Assembly (NCBI GenBank): GCA_052426225.1
Contig: JBNJNM010000023.1
Coordinates: 682,001 to 746,000 of the forward strand
Length of the DNA: 64,000 nt
DNA from: Zancudomyces culisetae HAW-14-8
Taxonomy: Eukaryota > Fungi > Kickxellomycota
Direction of reading: 5' to 3'
Under the pieces are notes generated by a model. That model did no database searches. It saw only the letters and a list, made by a program, of their open reading frames with translations, and was not told the origin of the DNA. This document shows positions 37,297 to 46,846 of this stretch, in pieces. Position 1 is the stretch's first letter, and each line of letters starts with the position of its first letter. A program made the position numbers and the translations under genes.

Positions 37297-37685
37297 TGTC
37301 GGAATTTATTTTCCATTTCTCGGTGTTATCCGACTTTACTGCTTTCACTAGTATTATGTTTATTTACTACCAGTAAGCGGTAGGACCTTAGTTCTTTTGT
37401 TAATATTGTTTTATTATAATAAAGTGTATACTAAATACTAATCCGAAAATAAGATGCTAAAAACATAGAAGAGAAAAAGCAGTGCTTAAATGCATTTTCC
37501 TCGTATATACTAATATATTAAAATACTATGAATAATATAAAAACCATCCGAAATTAATTAATATTTGGGAAATGATGATTTACGCATAGTGAAAAACCTC
37601 ATAGGTGAAAAGCACTAGGTAAATCATCACATCTCACTCGCTATAACCCGAGTGAGACGCCCATCTGTCGATCTTTGATGCGACA
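37297..37685. mobile_element. Putative solo LTR X (389 bp) of another family
   Basis: TGTCG...CGACA termini and LTR-like size. Once element A is removed, its flanks are GTCA (32208-32211) and GTCG (37686-37689). Confidence 0.72.
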
Positions 37686-37689
37686 GTCG

Positions 37690-40600
37690 TGTTAACGAAT
37701 TTGTATATTTATATAGAAAATCCGTTTATTTAATAGTTATGTTGGTTTTTAGGGATATAAGTGGCGTAGAATCTACTTGTGGCTTCGATTAATGGGCTCA
37801 CTTAATCCGTTATAATGATCTTAAAAATATCTACTAATGGCTAAATACTGCAAACTCTTAGTATATGTGTTTATTTTCTAAAAAGATAAGATAAGAACCA
37901 AAACTTACTATCGAAATTTCTCACTAAAAAAACCTAACAAAAATTGCCAAGGAAAAAAGAGTCCAATTTCTAAAATAATTTTGATTACGTATTTCCATTG
38001 AATTTCTTCAATTTCCATACACTATTTTTATAAAGATAAAATATTATTCGACATAACCCATACTCCAAATTGAACTTAGTGGGTTTTTAAATCTTCTTAA
38101 TTTAGACTTCAAAGTTTGAGTTACTTCCGGTACCATATGGCTACTATGGTGAAATTGCTTTAGGGAATCTCCATTGACGATGTCGCGATTGCCATCTGAA
38201 TCCATGATTGTGTAAGCTCCAAAATTTAATTTTTGTACTATCTTGTATGGGCCCTCCCATACTTCTTGAAACTTGTCTGTGACGTGTTCTACAAGCTTCA
38301 TAACCATCTCATCTACTTTAAATTTGAAATTTGAAATGTTTTTGTCATAATGTGATTTCATAATCTGCTTAGCTTTAACACTGCGAGATAACCCTATATT
38401 TCTTAGTTCCGGTATATTTGTTCCGATAGCTTCGATTCTTTCCTGTATAGCGGAGTCAAGATCGCTCGGCTCAGCTGGAGGAGACCATACTGCCGGTGTA
38501 GTGATTTTAACACCGTAAAGAAGTTCAGCGGGACTATAGCCTGTACTGCGATTACGCATTGTTCGAATTGCTAAGAGACTTTTCCACATGTAAGTGTCCC
38601 AGTTTTCTTTATCCTTCTTGCACTGTCTAGCTAGAGTGTTTTTTAAGGTCTGGTTTAGACGTTCTACCTGACCATTACTTTGCGGTCGGTAGGAAGTTGT
38701 CGGTGTGTGTCGTATACCTAAATATTTATAAAAGTTGTCCGCAGCTTCACTAATAAAGCCAGCACCTCTGTCAGTGATAATCTGATCTGGTGTACCAAAA
38801 TCTTTAACTATATGAGTTATAATAAAGTTTATTATAGTGTCTGACTGAATGTTTTGTACTGCCTCCGCGACAGGCCACTTCGTGAAATAGTCGATACCAG
38901 TAAGTATAAAACGATTGCCATGCTTAGATATTGGACTTATTGGTCCAATAGCATCGAGACCAAAAATACTAAAAGGTTTGTACACATAAATAGGCTGTAG
39001 CTCGTTGCGCTTAGTGCGATGCCCTTGATAACTTTGACAAGTTAGACACTCCTTGACGGTTTTTTTCACTGTTTCGAATAGTCTGTTGCCTGTATACTCT
39101 CTGCTAACTCTCCGCCAGGTGTTTTCTATGCCCTCATGATTTTCTTCGTGTACCTGTTTTACGATATCTTCTATTTCGCTGTTAAATAAAACTTTTTTCC
39201 AAACTCCTTTGCTAATTTTAAATAAACTGTTTTGTATAATTTTATAATTTTTTGCTTTTTTTTCGACTTTGTTTTTTTGTGTTTTGCTCATTTCGAACAA
39301 ATAAGATTGTTTAATAAATAGTGTTTTATAGATTCATAAGATAAAAAATGTAATTCAAATATATCAAGTGTTTCTTCCGACGTTGTAACAGCCTCTAATC
39401 TCGACAAGGCGTCAGCCGGATTCGATTTACCTTCACAGTGTATGATTGTATAATTGTAATTTCGCAAAATCATCGCCCATCGAGCGACACGACCGGTAAC
39501 TTCTTTACTATTAAATAGGTTAATTAGTGACTTGTGGTCTGTTCGTATTAAAAAATGTTTACCCCATAAATAGTGTTTGAATTTGTTGACGCCCCAGACT
39601 ACAGCAAGACCCTCAAGGTGAGTGACCGAATAATTTCGCTCGTGTTTGTTTGTAACTTTGCTAGCATAACCTATAGGTTTTTCACCGCCTTCGACCTTCT
39701 GCGACAAGATAGCACCGATTCCTTCGATAGAAGCGTCGGTAGTCAGAATAAACTCTTCATCCCAATTAGGATGCATTAGTGTAGGTGCACTACTCAAACT
39801 ATCTTTTAGCTTCTGTACCGCTTCGTCCTGTAAGTTTGTCCAGTTCCATACTTCTGCCTTCTTTAACAACTTAACTAAGGGTGCTGATTTTAACGCATAG
39901 TTGTCGACAAACTTCCGATAATAGCCGGTTAGACCCAGAAACGACTGCAACTCTCTTACGTTTGTAGGAGTTTTAGCTTCCCTTATCGCTACTATTTTTT
40001 CGCTGCTTGTACTTATTCCTTCTGCGGATACCATGTGTCCCAAGTAGCTAATCTTCTTCATACCTATTTGACACTTGTCAGCATGTAACTGAATTTTATT
40101 TTCTCGTAATAAATCAAATACCTCTTGTAGATGTACTAAATGTTGCTCGATAGATTTAGAATAAATTATGACGTCGTCTATAAACACAACAGCAGTTTTC
40201 CACAGAACTGGAGCCAATGCAACCTCCATAAGACGCTGAAAGGATGCCGGACTATTGGTTAAGCCGAAGGGCATAACGTTGTAGCAATAGCTACCGCTGC
40301 CGGGGATTGCAAACGCTGTTTTCATTCGATCTTTTTCCGCCATTTTTATCTGCCAAAAGCCACTGAGGGCATCAAGGCTAGCGAATATTATATTTCCCGA
40401 AAGAGTCATAAAGATGTCGTCAATAGTTGGCAGTGGATACGCATCTTTTTTGGTGACATTATTCAACTTTCTGTAATCGGCACAGATTCTGAGTTTACCG
40501 TTTTTTTTGCGTACAATCACTACAGGAAAACACCACTCGGAGTAACAGGGAGAAATAATTCCTTTCGCTTCCATCTCAGTCAATTCGTTTCGTACTAGCT

Positions 40601-42897
40601 GTAACATATGATGGGGTATACGGTACGGACGTTGTTTAATCGGTGTGTTATCCGTTAATTCAATTCGATGTTCGGTTGTATCTGTTTGTGTTAATTCACC
40701 TATGTCACTAACAAATAAATCTTTATTTAATTCTTTTAACTCTGTTAAACGTGGATCGCTAAATGCGTTCTTCAAGTCTATTACGTCATCTGCCTTTAAC
40801 AGTAAGTACAGTTCTGAGTCTAACGTAATACTTTCAGACTTCTCGGCTAAAGACTTCATTGGTACTATCAAAAGTTCGGAGTAAGTATTCATTTTTAACT
40901 CGCCACTACGAGGATCAAGAACTGCATGATGTCGATAGAGCCAGTCGTTGCCTAAAATTAAAGTATTATCTTTACGGTTCATTACAATAAACTCGGCTTC
41001 AAAAGTGTGATTTCCAATTACTATAGGGACTCTATTAAGTACACCTCCTGTCAAATGTCTACTTCCGTCAGCTGTCACCAACACCTGTCTAGTCCACTCA
41101 TTTGGCTCCAAACCCCATTGTTCTGCTATAGCTGGTGTAGTCACTGAGCACGCAGCACCTGTGTCCACCACTGCCCAGTATTTTCTGTTAAAAACTGAAA
41201 CTAGCACTCGACAATTGCTAATTTACTGAGGGAGTACTCTGATTTCATTTATATCTAGTTTTTTAACCTTTTTACACAGAGCACTTAATTCTGAACTGAG
41301 TGTTGGGGATGCGTCTAAAAGTTGTGCTAAACTGATTTTTGGATAATATTGATTTAAATCCTTTTGTATGTTGAATGGAGTTATGTTTTCTGAAATTCGA
41401 GTGCAATACTTTACTTTTTTATTTGTACTGTTTTCAACTTGCTTTGTCACTGAACTCTCTGTATTCATTTTTATATCGTTATCTTCCTCCATTTTAACAT
41501 ACTTTATTGTTTTATTTACTGTAGTAGGTTTATTCACTTCAGGTAATTTTTTATCTACTAAAGTTTTATTTTTTGAATATGGTTTGTTTACCTGTTTATT
41601 TGGCTTAGGTCTTTGTACCAAATACAAATCATTATCTACTTCATTATCTGAAACAACTTCAATAGTGTTAAGTTCTTTTTTAGGTTGGTTATTATCCGGT
41701 TTGCTAGGAGTAGCGGAAGTGCATTGGTGTCTATAGTGGCCTGAAACCTTACAGTTGGTGCAATATGGAGTTCTTTGCTGACGCTGGTAAACCCTTTCAC
41801 TAAGTAGCTTGTCCACTTTTTTCTCTACTACTTCCTCTACCTTAGTCAGAATATTCACACTCCACTCTTCCATCTTTGATAACATTTCATTATAACCAAT
41901 TTTTTGCTCGGTCATTTCCTTTATAGACTTTCCTGTTCCTTGTGTGCGATACTGGTTGTTATTGCTATCTCGTGGCACGTCTGAATTGCGGCGGTCTGCC
42001 GAAGGTTCGAAACTAGTAGTGATTAAACTAACTACTTTGTCCCATTCGCGCGATTCAGATTCCAAAATTCTTGACCGACTTCTAGGGCTTGCCGCACTGA
42101 TTAACCAATTTACTTTTTGTGCTTCTTCATTTATACTGCACTTAGATAGTGCCAATTCCAAAGCAAAAACGAACTCGTCTGTGGAGTCAAAATCTTGCTG
42201 GTTAATATTCTTCAACTTCTCTATAGCCTTATGATCTGATGTCTTACTGACAAACCTCTCCATAAATAGCTTCTTTAACTCTTCCCAGTTTGTAAACTTT
42301 TTTCTGTTTCTCAAATACCAAATCTTTTCTTGGTTACCGAGATAGAACTGAAGTAAATCTATTCCATCCTCCTCGTCATATCTGTTTAGTTTAAAGAATA
42401 GCCTGAATCCTTTGATCCACTCTTTTGGATCGTCGATTGTAGCGGCACTAAATTTCTCTATAGAATTCATTTTTTTTTTAATCTGCATAATAGGTTTTTT
42501 CTTAAGGACCCTATGTCCTGGCTGGATCACCACTGTAAACGAATTTGTATATTTATATAGAAAATCCGTTTATTTAATAGTTATGTTGGTTTTTAGGGAT
42601 ATAAGTGGCGTAGAATCTACTTGTGGCTTCGATTAATGGGCTCACTTAATCCGTTATAATGATCTTAAAAATATCTACTAATGGCTAAATACTGCAAACT
42701 CTTAGTATATGTGTTTATTTTCTAAAAAGATAAGATAAGAACCAAAACTTACTATCGAAATTTCTCACTAAAAAAACCTAACAAAAATTGCCAAGGAAAA
42801 AAGAGTTCAATTTCTAAAATAATTTTGATTACGTATTTCCATTGAATTTCTTCAATTTCCATACACTAATTTTATAAAGTATAAAATATTATAGACA
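37690..42897 (-). mobile_element. Full-length Ty3/gypsy element B; LTRs 37690-38053 and 42534-42897; TSD GTCG
   Basis: 364-bp LTRs with about 6 differences. GTCG lies at 37686-37689 and 42898-42901. PBS TGGTGATCCAGCCAGGA (42532-42516) is probably complementary to a tRNA-Val isoacceptor. Confidence 0.96.
38044..42470 (-). pseudogene. Disrupted single-ORF gag-pol of element B
   Basis: In-frame TAA at 41225-41223, where sister element E encodes Lys (LPQKISNC), and a frameshift near 39300. Otherwise colinear with element E. Confidence 0.9.
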
Positions 42898-42901
42898 GTC
42901 G

Positions 42902-43082
42902 TGTCGTACTTATTTTACGACTTTAATATTTTACTATATATTTTATACAATTTAATGATTTACCATAACAATCGTCGAACAATCTAATATTCGCTTCGTC
43001 CTATTGTTTATTATATTGTTTAATTTAGTATAGTAAGCTAGATTTTATTATTTTTTCTACTTTTTATAGCGAAAGGGAAAAT
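42902..43082. mobile_element. Probable truncated LTR Y, the outermost member of the stack
   Basis: Begins TGTCGTA (the same terminus as the element A LTR) immediately after the GTCG TSD of element B. The other end was not found. Confidence 0.5.
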
Positions 43083-43087
43083 AGTAT

Positions 43088-43497
43088 TGTCAAGATCTGG
43101 AGTCTGGAGAGTTATATTTATTATTATTAAAGTTTATTGTATGAATGTATACAAGATACTAGATACTGAATCCAAGACAGGAAAATTGTACCCTTTTTAT
43201 ACTTTTTTCCACGCCTTGGTTTTAGAATAAAATCACTATGAAAACTGCGGAATAGCTAAAAATGCAAGCTAAAGATAAACGTGTTTGATTATTAATCCAA
43301 TTTGATTAGTAATCAAACAAAAATCAATTTCGAATGCTATAAAATTAAACTTGTGAAAATTATTACGTAAGAAAAATTAATAAATTATGAGAATTTTCGG
43401 AAATGTTCTAGAATGTTGGGGAACTTTCTAAACATTACTGCAGAATAAATAAACAATTCTAGAACGTTTTCGAACATTCTAGAATCACTTCATGACA
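43088..43497 (-). mobile_element. Putative solo LTR (~410 bp) carrying heat-shock elements
   Basis: TGTCA...TGACA termini. On the minus strand the order is HSE arrays, TATAAAAAG (~43201-43193), AATAAA (~43137-43132). It abuts an integrase remnant at PWTSISMDVIVSLP. Confidence 0.68.
43391..43484. promoter_or_regulatory. Two arrays of heat-shock elements (alternating nGAAn/nTTCn)
   Basis: GAAttTTCggAAAtgTTCtaGAAtgTTGggGAActTTC (8 units, 6 perfect) and TTCtaGAAcgTTTtcGAAcaTTCtaGAA (6 units, 5 perfect), at exact 5-bp periodicity. Confidence 0.8.
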
Positions 43498-44677
43498 GGT
43501 AGGCTTACAATAACATCCATGGAAATGGAAGTCCAAGGTTTTTTGTGAATAGGTCAAGGTTGTAGTTGACCAAAAGGTTTATGTCTAATATGTTTGCAAC
43601 TATTACGTTGATTGCATGTTGTTACATACTCCTTGATAAACTTGTTCATATTAGGCCAAAAAGGTTTTTTGAGATTAATTCCAACGTTTTAGTCTGACCA
43701 TAGTGTCCAGCAGTAGGTGAATCATGGTAATTTATAAGTATTTGAAACTTAATATTATTGTTTTCTGGTACGTATATTGTATTTATATACTACCAGCCTA
43801 TCTTTACACTAATGTTTTTTAAATAATTATTTTAAGTATATTTGTATGGTTGTTATGTAAGAAATCAAATTCCATTCTCGAGTTTTTGTCAATGTTGTGA
43901 GCATTTTTAATGCAAATAGTAATACTATCAATTGGTTTGGAGTCAATCGTAGCCGAAAGTATCAGTTGTCCAGGTTTTAGTAAGGTATGTAGGAATTGTA
44001 TGGTGTTATCTCCCTCTTTTGGAAAATGGACTGGTCGACGAGAAAGAGCGTCGGATTTTCCATTTTTAGATCCTGGGGTATATTTAATAATAAAATTGTA
44101 GTTTCCTAGTAGTTCTACCCATCAAGCCTATCGACTGTTCAACGACTTAGTTGATGTAAAATATTCTAGATTCTTGTGATCCGTTATAACTGTAATCTGA
44201 TATTGAGCTCACTCTAGGTATGCTCGTCATACTTTAAAGGCATCGACGATTGCGAGCATGTCTTTGTCATAGATTTCATAATTTATTTCTGCTGAATGTA
44301 ATAATCGAGAATAGAACACAATTGGGTGAGAAAATTATCTTCACATTTTTGTTGGATGACTCCGCCTATGGCAAAGCCAGACGCGTCTATTTCAATAGTA
44401 ACAGGTAAGGTAGGGTTAAAGTATCTTAATTTGGGTGCTGAAGTAAATGCTGCTTTAAGGTTATCATATGCTAGTTGAGCTTGATTTGACCAATTCCAAT
44501 TTGTATCTTTTTGCAGTAATTTTGTTATTGGTGTCACTATAGCAAAGAAATTTTTTATAAACCCGCTATAAATTTTTGCAAAAACTATAAAGCATTGATC
44601 TCTTTTATATTTGTTGGTGTTGGCCATGAATTTACAGCATTAGTCTTTGCTGGGTACATCGTTACTCCTTGTGCTGA

Positions 44678-45066
44678 TGTCAGGACTTGACACTAAGTAC
44701 TATATGTATTAACTATGACTATGATTTAATTAATAAAATACTATGAGATGAATAGTATTTTATTGCTAAAGTTTCCTAAAGCAATAAAATCCTTGTCTTT
44801 ATATAGTTTTAAAAGTACAAAATTAATTGTAAAACATTATCTAAACTATACTTAAACTATAACTTAAAAACTAAATAATCATAACTGTCAACTCCACAGT
44901 TTACATTTAATAATTTGGGGTAAAACCAAATTATTTAATATTAATTCTTCTCCATAAATTATTAATTTGGAGTAAAAATTAAAGCGGAGAAAATGTTAAT
45001 ACATTGAACATTTGCTATTTTTGATATGGTATTAAAAATAGAATAATTCATGAATGGATCAATACA
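44678..45066. mobile_element. Solo LTR (389 bp) with 5-bp TSD GCTGA, inserted in the decayed RT
   Basis: TGTCAGG...AATACA flanked by GCTGA at 44673-44677 and 45067-45071. Removing it rejoins GNIVS-AQGVTM. Confidence 0.85.
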
Positions 45067-45857
45067 GCTGATACTATATTTCCCTGAAATTCCATACTGT
45101 TTTTGTGAAACTGTATTATTCCAGTTTTATGTAGAGTGAATATTTACGTAGACTTGATAAAATAGGTTTAACGTATATCATGGTCTACGAAATTGAAACT
45201 GTAGATTCCGATATCATCTAAATAAACTAAATCAAATTTATCCAAGCAATCTGGGAGTGCGTCGTTCGATAGGTGATTAAAAGATGCTGGCGCGTTACAT
45301 AATCCAAACGATATAACTTGATATTCGTGGTGAACATATTTTGTCTTAAATGCGGTTTTCTATTCATCGCCATCGGCAAATCGAATCTAAATTGTTATGA
45401 ATAGAACGTAGTTATATAATTTATTTTTAATTAATTTAATTTCTATTTTAGTTTAATTAAATTAGTAAGTTGAATTTCCATTTTAGTAAAGTTACATAAA
45501 TTGATTTAGGTAATCATGAAATTAATTTATTACCAATTCGATTTTTAGTAACTGTTTTTATTTTACATAAACCAAAACAACACAATGTTGAACTAAACCC
45601 CAACATTGAAAATCATGAAACTAGTCAAGGGTCAAACTCCTTGAATGTTTATCAAAGTAAGCAAATATTTTTTTTTTCAATAAACAAGGTCTTGCGACCT
45701 TGGTTTTTTTCATGAAATTTTCGCTGACGAAAAAGTATATAAACCCAACTAATTTCGTTGTGGAAATCGTCAGTGAAAAATATTCTCTTTAGTTTAATAA
45801 AGTTAATATTTTTCTTAAATCAAGTTCATTAAATAAAATATATCTAGTTCTAACACC

Positions 45858-45869
45858 ATATTTTTCACT
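45858..45869 (+). other. Self-priming PBS of element C
   Basis: ATATTTTTCACT is the exact complement of AGTGAAAAATAT (45772-45783), which lies about 30 nt after the LTR TATA. No TGG tRNA-type PBS is present. Confidence 0.85.
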
Positions 45870-45884
45870 CTTTACAATCTGAAC

Positions 45885-46820
45885 ATGGAGGAAATTCAAG
45901 ACAGTATTAGCCAGGTTGAACTCGTGAAAGCCTTAATGGCCCAAATCGCTACACTATCCAATCAGGTGGACGCCCTCCAGCGCCAACAACTCACCAACTC
46001 CAACACGCCAGCTCCAGAACCTCACGTTGCCCCGCCCGAAAAATTTTCAGGAACCAAGAAAGGAAGCATAAAGAATTTTATCTCTACCGTTAAAACGGTG
46101 TTCAGGTTGCAACCCTCAAGGTTTCCCACATCAGATTCCAAAGTATTGTATATTGGTACCCTTTTGACCGATAATGCACAGACGTGGTTTCGAACTATGG
46201 AAGAATCAAACCATCCAGCGCTCCTTGATAGCAATAATTTCTTTGCCTTACTCGAACACACTTACGGAGATCCTAAATCTACCTGGAAAGCCCAGATGAG
46301 ACTGTCGAAAATGAAACAAGGGACTTCAAACTGCCTAACATACTCGACACATTTTAAAAGTATTGCACTAGAAGCGGATTTCAATGAAGCAGCTCTAATC
46401 AAGTTATTCTATGACGGGCTCAACGACGAGATAAAAGACACGCTCGCCACAATGGATCGAATCCCAGGAGATTTTGAGTTATACACCGCATTGTGCATCA
46501 GAATCGACAACCGAATATCTCAAAGAAGAACCGAAAAACTCAGGAGAGAACCTTGGATTCCGAATAAATCCTTCTCAAGACGAGATACTGACAGTATGGA
46601 CATCGACTTAATTGGAACCAAAAGACTTACAGAATCAGAAAGAGACCACCGTAAGTACAACAAGTTATGTTTTTACTGTGCAAACCCCAATCACTCCCTG
46701 AAAGAGTGTCCTCGGAAGGCCAGACAACTCAAGAAAATGTTCAAAAAGTCCATTGACCAGCCAGACTCTCCAATCCCAGAAAAGTTTAAGCCAAAAAACA
46801 AATCGAATCTTCAGGAATGA
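45885..46820 (+). CDS. Gag of element C (retrotransposon gag domain, CCHC knuckle)
   Basis: PEKFSG, LLTDNAQTWF, QGTS..YSTHF, FYDGLNDEIK, SMDID, CFYCANPNHSLKEC. Confidence 0.93.
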   Translation: MEEIQDSISQVELVKALMAQIATLSNQVDALQRQQLTNSNTPAPEPHVAPPEKFSGTKKGSIKNFISTVKTVFRLQPSRFPTSDSKVLYIGTLLTDNAQTWFRTMEESNHPALLDSNNFFALLEHTYGDPKSTWKAQMRLSKMKQGTSNCLTYSTHFKSIALEADFNEAALIKLFYDGLNDEIKDTLATMDRIPGDFELYTALCIRIDNRISQRRTEKLRREPWIPNKSFSRRDTDSMDIDLIGTKRLTESERDHRKYNKLCFYCANPNHSLKECPRKARQLKKMFKKSIDQPDSPIPEKFKPKNKSNLQE

Positions 46821-46846
46821 GGGAACTGAAGAACTACAATGCCTCA
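46793..46846 (+). other. -1 programmed ribosomal frameshift signal (A AAA AAC plus pseudoknot)
   Basis: Slippery heptamer in the Gag frame, 8-nt spacer, stem TCTTCAG/CTGAAGA, and loop TGAGG complementary to downstream CCTCA. Confidence 0.7.

Noticed and set aside
37571-37630. SECIS element or hammerhead ribozyme in LTR X
   Set aside because: ATGA is present but the opposing GA of the SECIS core is not, and there is no CUGAUGA...GAAA core on either strand.
41223-41225. Programmed stop read-through between gag and pol of element B
   Set aside because: Sister element E has Lys at this position and B has a second lesion, so a nonsense mutation is the simpler explanation.
32205-42908. CRISPR-like array
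   Set aside because: The polarity is only an analogy. The 'repeats' are 4-bp TSDs, the 'spacers' are LTR elements, and there are no cas genes.
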